Origin: Mucilaginibacter sp. UBA5151
GTDB taxonomy: Bacteria > Bacteroidota > Bacteroidia > Sphingobacteriales > Sphingobacteriaceae
Direction: 5' to 3'
Assembly (NCBI GenBank): GCA_002413785.1
Contig: DHXR01000052.1
Location: 7,380-71,379, forward strand
DNA length: 64,000 nucleotides
Positions 28,410 through 37,836 of this stretch are shown here, one piece after another. Positions within the stretch are counted from its first letter, which is position 1. Every line of letters begins with the position of its first letter. The translations under genes and the position numbers were made by a program. The notes beneath the pieces are model-generated. The model searched no databases. It had not been told where the DNA came from and saw only the letters and a program-made list of their open reading frames with translations.

Positions 28410-29753
28410 ATGAATATTTCACAGGAAAAAATCGATAACCTGAACGCCATTGTAAAAATCAATATCAATCCCGAAGATTATCAGCCACGTGTTGATAAAG
28501 CTATAAAAGACCAAGCGAAGAAAGCTAAAATACCAGGTTTTCGTCCGGGAATGGTGCCTGCATCGCACATCAAAAGGATGTACGGAAAAAGCATTTTGGT
28601 TGATGAGATCAATAACATGCTTTCAGATACTCTGAATAAATATATCGAAACTGAACAACTGGAAGTTTTAGGCCAGCCATTACCAAAAATTGACGACGCG
28701 AAAGAGTACAACTGGGATTTTGCCGATAATTTTGAATTCAACTACGAGCTTGGTTTAGCCCCCGACTTTACTATTGATTTTTCACCGAATGATCATTTAA
28801 CCCAATACGTGATCAAAGTTGATGAGGAAACTTTAGCCTCGCGTATAAAAAACATCCGCCGCAGTTATGGCAAAATGACAAATCCTGACGTATCGGCAGA
28901 CGATGATGTGCTTTATGCCGAATTAGTGCAGCTTTCGCCGGATGGTGCTGTTTTTGAGGACGGGATAAGCAATACGGCATCGGTTCGTTTAGACCAGATA
29001 AAAGATGAAGCAATAAAAGCTTCGCTTATCGGTTTAAAAAAGGGAGATGAAGTAAGACTGGATATTCAGAGAGCATTTGATAATGATGCGGCAAAGGTTG
29101 CAGGCTTATTAAAAATTGATGAAGAAACAGCAGCTGATTTAAGGTCTGATTTCCGCTTAACGGTTAAAAATGTAAACCGTTTGGAAGAAAGCGACCTGAA
29201 CCAGGAGTTCTTTGACAAATTATTTGGTGAAGGTGAAGTAACTAATGAAGATGAGTTCACGACGAAGATCACCGCCGAGCTTGAAAGTATGATGGTGCAG
29301 GATGCCGAGCGCAAACTACAGGATGATATTTACAAATATAGCTTAAGCAAAGTTCAGTTTGATTTGCCTGATGAGTTTTTGAAACGCTGGTTAAAAGCCA
29401 CAAACGAAAAACTAACAGCCGAAGAACTTGCAGCCGGCTACAATGATTTTGCCCAAAACCTTAAATGGACCCTTATTGAAAATAAGATTATTAAGGATAA
29501 CAACATCGACATTCAATACGAAGAGGTTTTTGAACTGGCTAAAGTGCGTTTAGATCAGCAATTCAGGATGTACAGCCCTCAGCCTTTAAGCGAAGAGCAA
29601 TTAGGACAATACACTGTTCAATACCTGCAAACGAAAGAAAATGCAAACAAGATATTCGAAGAAGTGAAAGCTTTCCGGGTGTTTGATTTTATAAAAAGCG
29701 CTGTTACGTTAGAGCAGAAAGAGATATTATTTACTGATTTTCAGGCGTTGTAA
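28410..29753 (+). CDS. tig: Trigger factor
   Basis: IPGFRPGMVP ribosome-binding loop; upstream of clpP/clpX; TACCTTTG promoter at 28329-28336. Confidence 0.95.
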   Translation: MNISQEKIDNLNAIVKININPEDYQPRVDKAIKDQAKKAKIPGFRPGMVPASHIKRMYGKSILVDEINNMLSDTLNKYIETEQLEVLGQPLPKIDDAKEYNWDFADNFEFNYELGLAPDFTIDFSPNDHLTQYVIKVDEETLASRIKNIRRSYGKMTNPDVSADDDVLYAELVQLSPDGAVFEDGISNTASVRLDQIKDEAIKASLIGLKKGDEVRLDIQRAFDNDAAKVAGLLKIDEETAADLRSDFRLTVKNVNRLEESDLNQEFFDKLFGEGEVTNEDEFTTKITAELESMMVQDAERKLQDDIYKYSLSKVQFDLPDEFLKRWLKATNEKLTAEELAAGYNDFAQNLKWTLIENKIIKDNNIDIQYEEVFELAKVRLDQQFRMYSPQPLSEEQLGQYTVQYLQTKENANKIFEEVKAFRVFDFIKSAVTLEQKEILFTDFQAL

Positions 29754-29795
29754 AGAAGTTCGAAAGTCAGTAAAGTCCGGGAGTCCGAAAGATTT

Positions 29796-29833
29796 CTCCG
29801 CCTTTGTTGGAGCCAACTCCAACAAAGGCGGAG
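29796..29833. repeat. REP-like palindrome CTCCGCCTTTGTTGGAG-n4-CTCCAACAAAGGCGGAG
   Basis: Partial copy at 36847-36876. Confidence 0.75.
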
Positions 29834-29862
29834 AAATTCTGAAGGTGGAATGAAAAAAAGGC

Positions 29863-29972
29863 TGTCATGGTGAGGCACTCGAACCATGAGCGCAAAGGCA
29901 CAACGCCAATGCAATAACGTAAATGCAAGGCGTACAGGCCACCCCACATGGTTCGAGTGCCTCACCATGACA
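29863..29972. mobile_element. 110-bp MITE/REPIN with 26-bp perfect terminal inverted repeats
   Basis: TGTCATGGTGAGGCACTCGAACCATG arms; near-identical inverted copy at 44679-44789. Confidence 0.85.
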
Positions 29973-30149
29973 CCCGCCCGCTGCTGACCTTTTTTTACTT
30001 TCAGACTTCGGGCTTCATACTTTCCAGACTCCCCGCCGAATAATTTCACTTTTAAAGAACTTTCGGACTTTACTAACTTTACCGACTTTCGGACTTAAAA
30101 AAACAACTATATTTAACGCGGTTAAAATCTGCACCATAACAAAAATATC

Positions 30150-30854
30150 ATGAGTAATATTGATAAAAACGAATTCAGGAAATATGCTGTTAAGCATCAC
30201 CGTATTAACAGTATTTATGTAGATAAATTTATTGCAGGGGTTGATAGAAGCACCCTGCCTACCGGCATGACGCCGTATATCATTGAAGAACGACAGCTTA
30301 ACGTTGCGCAAATGGACGTGTTCTCGCGTTTGATGATGGACCGGATCATTTTCCTTGGCGATGCGATTTATGAAAATATTGCAAACATTATCCAGGCTCA
30401 ATTGCTGTTCCTGCAGTCAGCTGATGCTAAACGCGACATTCAGATCTATATCAATTCACCGGGTGGCTCTGTTTATGCCGGTTTAGGGATCTATGATACG
30501 ATGCAATTTATATCAAATGATGTGGCCACAATTTGTACAGGTATGGCGGCCTCAATGGCAGCGGTACTATTATGCGCAGGCACAGAGGGCAAAAGGGCAG
30601 CATTACCGCACGCAAGGGTAATGATCCACCAGCCATCAGGCGGCGCCCAGGGGCAACAGTCGGATATAGAGATCACCTATCACGAGATCACTAAATTGAA
30701 AAAAGAATTATACCAGATCATTGCTGATCATAGCGGTGCGCCTTTTGAAAAAGTATGGGATGCATCTGACCGTGACCATTGGATGATTGCCGAAGAAGCA
30801 AAAGAGTTTGGTATGATTGACGAAATTTTACGTGGCACTAAAGGGAAGAAATAA
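30150..30854 (+). CDS. clpP: ATP-dependent Clp protease proteolytic subunit
   Basis: YINSPGG, GMAASM, RVMIHQP. Confidence 0.97.
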   Translation: MSNIDKNEFRKYAVKHHRINSIYVDKFIAGVDRSTLPTGMTPYIIEERQLNVAQMDVFSRLMMDRIIFLGDAIYENIANIIQAQLLFLQSADAKRDIQIYINSPGGSVYAGLGIYDTMQFISNDVATICTGMAASMAAVLLCAGTEGKRAALPHARVMIHQPSGGAQGQQSDIEITYHEITKLKKELYQIIADHSGAPFEKVWDASDRDHWMIAEEAKEFGMIDEILRGTKGKK

Positions 30855-31063
30855 TTTTTTGAGTCCGAAAATCGGTAATTCCGAAAGATGATTTATCTTA
30901 AGTTTTCTACTTTCGGAACAATAAAACTGAAACAAAAAAGTTTAAAAGTCCGTAAACAATAAGTCCGGGACTTAAGAAAAGCTTTTTTTTCATTCTCGGA
31001 CTTACCAGACTTTTCGGACTTTCGGACTTTTTTAATTAACTTTGAATCAGAAATATAAATAAC

Positions 31064-32302
31064 ATGAATAAAAGCAGCAAGGAAATCAGGTGTTCGTTTT
31101 GTGGAGCAGGTAAACAGGATTCCCTGATGCTGATTGCGGGGCTTGATGCACATATTTGTGACAAATGCGTTAACCAGGCAAACGAAATACTGGCCGAAGA
31201 GCTGAAGGTGCGGAAGGTAAAAACATCGCCGTCGACACCTGCTATATTAAAACCAACCGAAATTAAGGCCCATCTTGACCAATATGTCATCGGCCAGGAT
31301 GATGCAAAAAAGGTATTGGCCGTTGCTGTTTATAACCACTATAAACGTTTAAACCAGCGGGTTGACAAGGACGAGGTAGAACTGGAAAAATCAAACATCA
31401 TTATGGTGGGAGAAACAGGTACCGGCAAAACTTTGCTCGCCAAAACACTTGCCAAGATATTAAATGTTCCTTTTTGCATCTGCGATGCTACGGTATTAAC
31501 CGAGGCAGGTTATGTAGGCGAGGATGTGGAAAGTATCCTTACCCGTTTGCTGCAATCTGCTGATTATGACGTGGCTACAGCCGAAAGAGGTATCGTTTAT
31601 ATTGATGAGGTAGATAAGATCGCCCGCAAAAGCGATAATGCTTCTATCACCCGTGACGTATCCGGCGAAGGTGTACAACAGGCTCTCCTGAAAATACTGG
31701 AAGGCACCATGGTGAATGTGCCGCCCCAGGGTGGCCGCAAGCACCCCGATCAAAAAATGATCACCGTTAACACCAATAACATCCTGTTTATTTGCGGTGG
31801 CGCCTTTGATGGTATTGAGCGGAAGATCGCCAATCGCTTACGTACACAAACCGTTGGTTATAAAATGAAACGTGATGACGGCGAGGTTGACCTTAAAAAC
31901 CTGTACAAATACATCACGCCACAGGATTTAAAATCTTATGGCCTTATTCCGGAGTTAATCGGCCGTTTGCCCATTCTGACTTATTTAAACCCTTTAGACA
32001 GGGAAGCATTACACAATATTTTAACCGAGCCGAAAAACTCATTGCTTAAACAATATAAAAAATTGTTTGAATACGAAGGGGTAAAGCTTGATTTTGAAGA
32101 CGATGTGCTTGACTTTATTGTTGATAAAGCGGTTGAATTTAAGCTTGGCGCGCGTGGCCTGCGTTCGATATGTGAAGCGATAATGATAGATGCGATGTTT
32201 GAGTTCCCTTCAAAAAAAGACATCAAGCGCCTAAATATCACACTGGACTATGCCCACGAGAAGTTTGAAAAATCAGATCTGAAAAAATTAAAGGTAGCTT
32301 AA
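31064..32302 (+). CDS. clpX: Clp protease ATP-binding subunit
   Basis: CSFC...CDKC zinc finger, [23 protein letters not shown]. Confidence 0.98.
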   Translation: MNKSSKEIRCSFCGAGKQDSLMLIAGLDAHICDKCVNQANEILAEELKVRKVKTSPSTPAILKPTEIKAHLDQYVIGQDDAKKVLAVAVYNHYKRLNQRVDKDEVELEKSNIIMVGETGTGKTLLAKTLAKILNVPFCICDATVLTEAGYVGEDVESILTRLLQSADYDVATAERGIVYIDEVDKIARKSDNASITRDVSGEGVQQALLKILEGTMVNVPPQGGRKHPDQKMITVNTNNILFICGGAFDGIERKIANRLRTQTVGYKMKRDDGEVDLKNLYKYITPQDLKSYGLIPELIGRLPILTYLNPLDREALHNILTEPKNSLLKQYKKLFEYEGVKLDFEDDVLDFIVDKAVEFKLGARGLRSICEAIMIDAMFEFPSKKDIKRLNITLDYAHEKFEKSDLKKLKVA

Positions 32303-32383
32303 CAATAAGCAGACAATAAATAATTATATTTGATATACTGCAAACCCTGGTTTATGCCGGGGTTTGTTGTAAAATAAAGTGTC

Positions 32384-33247
32384 ATGAATGAGCAATTAGA
32401 TATAAAAAAAGACCTGCAGCCCGAAAAAAAGGAAAAGAAAATAAAAGAAGTAACAGGTTCGCGGGCATCCGGATTGAAAAGCAAAGAAGCCATTGTTACC
32501 AACTGGCTACCCCGTTATACGGGCCGGGCAATTGATGACTTTGGCAAGTATATTATCCTAACCAATTTTTCAAAATACATTCAGTTGTTTTCGCAATGGA
32601 ACGATGATGCGCCAATAATGGGTATTGATAAACCCATGCAAAGTGTTTCAGCCAACGGCATCACCATTATAAACTTTGGTATGGGCAGTTCCGTAGCTGC
32701 TACCATAATGGACCTGCTTACAGCCATAAACCCCAAGGCAGTGATATTTTTAGGAAAATGCGGGGGATTAAAAAAGAAAAACAATGTAGGCGACCTGGTG
32801 TTGCCGATAGCAGCTATCAGGGGCGAGGGTACATCAAACGATTATTTACCAGCCGAAGTACCGGCATTGCCTTCATTCGCCCTGCAAAAAGCTATTTCAA
32901 CTACCATCCGCGATTTTGGGCGCGATTACTGGACCGGCACCTGTTATACCACCAACCGCCGCGTTTGGGAGCACGACAAAGACTTTAAAAAATACCTGAA
33001 AGAACTAAGGGCAATGGCCATCGATATGGAAACAGCCACCATATTCACTACCGGCTTTGCCAATAAGATCCCAACCGGAGCCTTGCTGCTTGTATCTGAT
33101 CAGCCAATGATCCCGGAGGGCGTTAAAACCGCCGAAAGCGATTCGGACGTTACCGAGCAGTATGTTGAAACTCATTTAAAAATCGGCATTGAATCGTTAA
33201 AGCAACTAATCAATAATGGGTTAACGGTGAAGCATTTGAAGTTTTAG
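32384..33247 (+). CDS. amn: AMP nucleosidase (Bacteroidota short form)
   Basis: NWLPRYTG, FGMGS, GKCGG, RGEGTS, DMETAT. Confidence 0.9.
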   Translation: MNEQLDIKKDLQPEKKEKKIKEVTGSRASGLKSKEAIVTNWLPRYTGRAIDDFGKYIILTNFSKYIQLFSQWNDDAPIMGIDKPMQSVSANGITIINFGMGSSVAATIMDLLTAINPKAVIFLGKCGGLKKKNNVGDLVLPIAAIRGEGTSNDYLPAEVPALPSFALQKAISTTIRDFGRDYWTGTCYTTNRRVWEHDKDFKKYLKELRAMAIDMETATIFTTGFANKIPTGALLLVSDQPMIPEGVKTAESDSDVTEQYVETHLKIGIESLKQLINNGLTVKHLKF

Positions 33248-33354
33248 CCTCACCCTGCCCTCTCCAAAGGAGAGGGTTCTTAAAGTATTAGCAAAAATTC
33301 TATTTTAAATATGCAAATCAAAGTCCTCTCCTTTGGAGAGGATTTAGGTGAGGC
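33247..33354. repeat. REP doublet
   Basis: GCCTCACCCTGCCCTCTCCAAAGGAGAGGG ... GTCCTCTCCTTTGGAGAGGATTTAGGTGAGGC. Confidence 0.88.
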
Positions 33355-33456
33355 TTTAATCAACCCCATCAACTTTCTTCATAGATATATCACATAAGAA
33401 AGCTAATTTTGAGGAATAGTCCTTCTCTCATTAAAGGATTAGTAGATTTTAAATTT

Positions 33457-34815
33457 ATGTGGTACAATAATATATTGGAAACCATTGGCAATACGCCCCT
33501 GGTTAAGTTGAATAAGGTAACAAAAGACATCCCGGCAACGGTTTTGGCTAAGATCGAAACAACCAACCCCGGCAACTCCATTAAGGACCGTATGGCCCTT
33601 AAAATGATTGAAGATGCCGAAAAAAGCGGCAAACTTAAACCCGGGGGCACAATTATTGAAGGCACATCAGGCAATACGGGTATGGGTTTGGCTATTGCGG
33701 CTGTAATAAAAGGCTACAAATGCATTTTTACCAGCACCGACAAGCAGTCTAAGGAAAAGTTTGACGCCCTGCGCGCTTTTGGGGCAGAAGTAATTGTTTG
33801 CCCCACTAATGTTGATCCTGAAGATGCACGCTCCTATTACTCTGTTTCCTCCCGTTTGGAGCGCGAGGTGCCAAATTCATGGAAACCCAACCAGTACGAT
33901 AATTTATCCAATTCGGACGCTCACTATGAGTCAACCGCGCCCGAGATCTGGGAACAAACCGAAGGTAAGATCACGCACCTGGTGGCAGGCGTTGGGACCG
34001 GGGGCACTATTTCGGGCATTGCAAAATATTTAAAGGAAAAAAATCCGGCCATACAGATCCTGGGGATTGATACATACGGCTCGGTATTTAAAAAATATAA
34101 AGAAACCGGCATCCTGGATAAAAACGAGATCTATCCCTATATCACCGAAGGTATCGGCGAAGATTTTTTACCGAGGAACGTTGATTTTAACCTGATAGAT
34201 CATTTTGAAAAAGTAAGCGACAAAGACGCCGCCCTGATGACCCGCGAAATAGCCCGCAAAGAAGGCATATTTGCAGGTAACTCAACCGGTTCGGCAGTAG
34301 CGGGCGTTTTGCAGATGAAAGACCGGTTTAAAAAAGGCGATGTAGTGGTCATTATATTCCCCGACCATGGTTCGCGCTACATGGGCAAAATGTATAACGA
34401 TGACTGGCTGCATGACCGCGGATTTTTGAAAGACGAAAAGCTGACTGCCCGCCATATTATTGAAATGAAGGATAAACAGCCTATCGTGACCATTGATTGC
34501 GAGAAGACGGTTTTAGAGGCGATAAATACCATTAAGTCGCTCAATATTTCGCAGATCCCGGTAACCCAGAAAGGGATGGTAATAGGCAAGATCACCGAAA
34601 GCGATATATTAAATTCGCTGATAGAAAATCCGTCCATAAAATCACAGCCCATAAACAAAATAACTACCGCCCCCTTCCCTTTTGTTGATCTGAATACTTC
34701 AATTGACAAAATTTCAGCCATGATCAACAAGGACAACATAGCCGTATTGGTTGAAAGCGAAGGGAATATTGAGATCATTACGCAGTATGATATTATCAAT
34801 GCGATTTCTGCCTGA
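33457..34815 (+). CDS. Cystathionine beta-synthase family PLP enzyme with CBS domains
   Basis: NPGNSIKDR, TSGNTG, GVGTGGT; C-terminal CBS pair; ATG 33457 preferred. Confidence 0.92.
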   Translation: MWYNNILETIGNTPLVKLNKVTKDIPATVLAKIETTNPGNSIKDRMALKMIEDAEKSGKLKPGGTIIEGTSGNTGMGLAIAAVIKGYKCIFTSTDKQSKEKFDALRAFGAEVIVCPTNVDPEDARSYYSVSSRLEREVPNSWKPNQYDNLSNSDAHYESTAPEIWEQTEGKITHLVAGVGTGGTISGIAKYLKEKNPAIQILGIDTYGSVFKKYKETGILDKNEIYPYITEGIGEDFLPRNVDFNLIDHFEKVSDKDAALMTREIARKEGIFAGNSTGSAVAGVLQMKDRFKKGDVVVIIFPDHGSRYMGKMYNDDWLHDRGFLKDEKLTARHIIEMKDKQPIVTIDCEKTVLEAINTIKSLNISQIPVTQKGMVIGKITESDILNSLIENPSIKSQPINKITTAPFPFVDLNTSIDKISAMINKDNIAVLVESEGNIEIITQYDIINAISA

Positions 34816-34835
34816 GGCGAAACGTGAAAATAGTC

Positions 34836-34868
34836 AGACTTACGAAGTTTTTAAAACTTCGTAAGTCT
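34836..34868. repeat. REP palindrome containing the CGNR gene stop codon
   Basis: AGACTTACGAAGTTTTTAAAACTTCGTAAGTCT. Confidence 0.88.
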
Positions 34869-35532
34869 TTGGATAATTAACCTCTGTTTTAACACCCTTC
34901 CTGATTTTGTAATATCGTTTATCGCTGGGTATGCGTCCGCAGGTTGTTTGGTTACACCAGCGCCTGGCGTTGTTTTTCGTCCTGTCCAAAAACAGGCTGC
35001 CGCAAGTTTTGCATTGCTTAATCCTTTTTGGATTGGCTCCTAACAGCAGTTCGGCGGCAGACCGTAAAACTATCCATAAAGGCAGCAAAATCTCCTCATC
35101 AATATTAAGCCATACCAATTGCCAGCCATCGCTTGTACTTTCATAGCGTAAACTTTTTGCAGATGCATCCAGTCCGGAATTAAATTCCCGGACAAAAATT
35201 TCGTCTGCAGGTTCGGCTTTTATTAGCGATAAAAATATTTGGTGCAACATAAACCGGGAAGTAATTACCTGTTGAAACGCGGCTTTTGCCTCACTAACGT
35301 AGCAGTACGCTTCCAGACTGATTGCCTGGTAATGATCGTATGCTATAACCCCTGCCCTGTTGCACCAATATAAAAAATCTTCGTAATCGGTTAAAAAATC
35401 TTTCGGGTTTTCACTTCCCCGGTCTTTCAGCGTGTTTACAAAATTTAATGCGATTGCACCGCCGTCCAGGGGGCTCATTGTGTCTTTAAAATGCTGCAGG
35501 CGCTCCCGCGCAAGAACTGATTTAGCTTTCAT
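34840..35532 (-). CDS. CGNR zinc-finger/ABATE-domain protein
   Basis: GAIALNFVNT; C-terminal CKTCGSLFLDRTKNNARRWC...CG. Confidence 0.88.
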   Translation of the reverse strand: MKAKSVLARERLQHFKDTMSPLDGGAIALNFVNTLKDRGSENPKDFLTDYEDFLYWCNRAGVIAYDHYQAISLEAYCYVSEAKAAFQQVITSRFMLHQIFLSLIKAEPADEIFVREFNSGLDASAKSLRYESTSDGWQLVWLNIDEEILLPLWIVLRSAAELLLGANPKRIKQCKTCGSLFLDRTKNNARRWCNQTTCGRIPSDKRYYKIRKGVKTEVNYPKTYEVLKTS

Positions 35533-35577
35533 GATAATATTTGTGTTTAGTGGATTTTAAATTTGCCCTAAATAGGC

Positions 35578-35745
35578 AAATTACGAGGAGCTAAATGCGT
35601 TTAGCCCCTCGTGATTTTATCGGTTTGAGGAGCTAAATACGTTTAGCCCCTCGTAATTTTTTCGATTTGAGGAGCTAAATGCGTTTAGCCTCTCGTAATT
35701 TTTGCCGTTTGAGGAGCTAAACGCGTTTAGCCCCTCGTAATTTTT
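35578..35745. repeat. Tandem array of four 42-bp hairpin units
   Basis: GAGGAGCTAAA-n4-TTTAGCCCCTC starting at 35585, 35627, 35669 and 35711. Confidence 0.95.
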
Positions 35746-36094
35746 GGACTGTTTTAGCGGGCAACAGCCTTCGGTAAAGGCGCAAAAACGGCCCCTGTTG
35801 CATGTAAACAAGGTTTTTAAAAGAAAAATGAACCTGGGATCAAAACGAGCCGGAATTTTTCCGGGTATTTTTACCGGATAATTTTTATAAACTTGAAATT
35901 TGTGTTTTTTAGATCAGCGGCAGACAGCCCTGATCCCGATAGTTCTGAATAATTATACAAATATAGCAAAATTGACTAATATAATTAGTAAATTCCGGAA
36001 GATTTCTATTGATTATTATCGGATAAAGAACACCAGACAACCCTTATAAAAAGACAATTAATTTTTATATTTGTAAGTAAAAGGAGGAAAGGTT

Positions 36095-36313
36095 ATGAAA
36101 ACAAATATTTCTGCAAATAAAGGGTTGTTCAAAACCCACAAGTCATATAGTCCCGAAGAAATATTGGCGGCCGGCGGGACTACTGCATTTGGCCGTCGGT
36201 CAGGGAAAAACAATGCTACACTTATTAAGGCACTCGAAAATGCTCCGCCAATAGAACCTTTTACCGATGAGGAGTGGGCTGATTTGATGGATCAACTTGC
36301 AAAGGATAAGTAA
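36095..36313 (+). CDS. Putative antitoxin
   Basis: 72 aa; stop overlaps the PIN start (TAATG); TATATTTG promoter at 36066-36073. Confidence 0.75.
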   Translation: MKTNISANKGLFKTHKSYSPEEILAAGGTTAFGRRSGKNNATLIKALENAPPIEPFTDEEWADLMDQLAKDK

Positions 36314-36771
36314 TGAATCTTTTACTGGATACCAATATTATCTTAAATATAAACAGGGCGAGGAATTTTATTGGTGCTGTCAGTTTCATTAACCCGGAAG
36401 ATTCTCCGATGTATATTTCCGTGGTTTCAGAAGCCGAAATAAAATCACTCGCAATTAGAAAAAAATGGGGGATAAACAGGCTCGACGTTCTTAGTGATTT
36501 TTTAGATCAAGCCCATGTAGTCGAGGTCAATCAATCATTTATAGCAACTTATGCTGAAATAGATGCTTATTCCCAACGATTAAACCCGAACTTTGAAAAT
36601 TACCCTTTTAATACGCCGCGTAACATGGGAAAGAATGACCTATGGATAGCATCCCTCGCAGCTTTGCTGGGTTTGAGGCTTGTTACTACAGGCTCCGACT
36701 TTGACCACCTGCATAATGTATTTTTTGAGGTTAAAAAAATAAAGCCTGCTGATTTTGTTCCTTTTTTTTAA
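36313..36771 (+). CDS. PIN-domain (VapC-like) toxin
   Basis: LLDTNII, SEAEI, GKNDLWIA, DFD. Confidence 0.9.
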   Translation: MNLLLDTNIILNINRARNFIGAVSFINPEDSPMYISVVSEAEIKSLAIRKKWGINRLDVLSDFLDQAHVVEVNQSFIATYAEIDAYSQRLNPNFENYPFNTPRNMGKNDLWIASLAALLGLRLVTTGSDFDHLHNVFFEVKKIKPADFVPFF

Positions 36772-37057
36772 GTTTAACCAGGAATTGTATCCGCCCTGTT
36801 CAAATGCTCCAAATTGACCATGGCGGAATTTATAGCCATCCGCTTTTCCGCCTTTGTTGGAGTTGTCTCCAACAAACCGTGTGCAAAGTAGAAACCATAA
36901 CCGAAGTGTTGTTGCAGATAGCCCAAAACCGCCTAACATCCCTGCTTTATGAAAGCATTGCGGAGTTGTCTGAACCCGAATTTATCGAATTAATGAATTT
37001 TTAGAATTCCGGTAATTCCTGAATTCTGTAAATTCTGATTCAGAAAAAAATGCAACC

Positions 37058-37081
37058 GCTGCCGCAAGCGTCCCCTTGTGG
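37058..37081. repeat. REP-like GCTGCCGCAAGCGTCC..CTTGTGG
   Basis: Direct copy at 39412-39437; the pair brackets the sulfur operon. Confidence 0.75.
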
Positions 37082-37169
37082 TAGCAGGGAGATTTGATTC
37101 AGAATCTATTCAATTATTTTGTTGAATAGTTGAAAAGATATTATATTTGCACTGTAAAACTATTTCAAC

Positions 37170-37832
37170 ATGGCAACTACTTCTATAAAAGAACAGGTTT
37201 ACCAGGAACTTTCACGGGTAACACATGCAATCTCCAACCCTAAAAGGATGGAACTGATTGATGTGCTTTCCCAAAAGGACTATTCGGTAGAGGAACTTTC
37301 TAAAGAGATTGCAATGTCCATAGCAAGTACTTCACAACACTTGCAGGTGCTGAAATCGGCAAAATTGATAGACAAACAGCGTCAGGGCAATTTTATCATT
37401 TACAGCATTACTGACGATAGCGTACTCAGACTGGTATTTGCCGTTAAGGAATTAGGTTTCCGCAAGATTGCAGAAATAGAAAGGCTTATAAGGGATTTTA
37501 AAACGGACAAAAATATTTTGGAATCCATTACCCTCGATGATTTACTGATAAGGTCTAAGAAAGAAAAAATAATACTGATTGATGTTCGGCCGGAAGAGGA
37601 ATACAAAGCAGGGCACATACCCAATGCACTATCTATTCCTCTTGAACAGCTCCAGAAACGACTGAACGAATTACCCCAAAACAAAACCATTGTAGCGTAT
37701 TGCCGCGGGCCTTTATGCGTTATGGCGGCAGATGCAATAAAACTTCTCAACGAAAAGAAATACAAAGCCATTCGTATGGAAGATGGCTATGTGGAATGGA
37801 AATTAAAGCGGCAGGAAAAATCAAAAAATTAA
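37170..37832 (+). CDS. ArsR/SmtB regulator fused to a rhodanese domain
   Basis: SNPKRMELI, STSQHLQVL HTH; DVRP, GHIPNA, AYCRGPLC; TATATTTG promoter at 37142-37149. Confidence 0.92.
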   Translation: MATTSIKEQVYQELSRVTHAISNPKRMELIDVLSQKDYSVEELSKEIAMSIASTSQHLQVLKSAKLIDKQRQGNFIIYSITDDSVLRLVFAVKELGFRKIAEIERLIRDFKTDKNILESITLDDLLIRSKKEKIILIDVRPEEEYKAGHIPNALSIPLEQLQKRLNELPQNKTIVAYCRGPLCVMAADAIKLLNEKKYKAIRMEDGYVEWKLKRQEKSKN

Positions 37833-37836
37833 GACT

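Noticed and set aside
29741-30049. ORFs 29741-30049, 29767-29949, 35617-35811, 39509-39700, 44735-44938 and 56704-57145
   Set aside because: They are translations of REP/MITE/tandem repeats in intergenic DNA, with no protein-like motifs.
35578-35745. CRISPR array
   Set aside because: Inter-hairpin segments are only 16 nt and resemble each other instead of being unique spacers; no cas genes are in the window.
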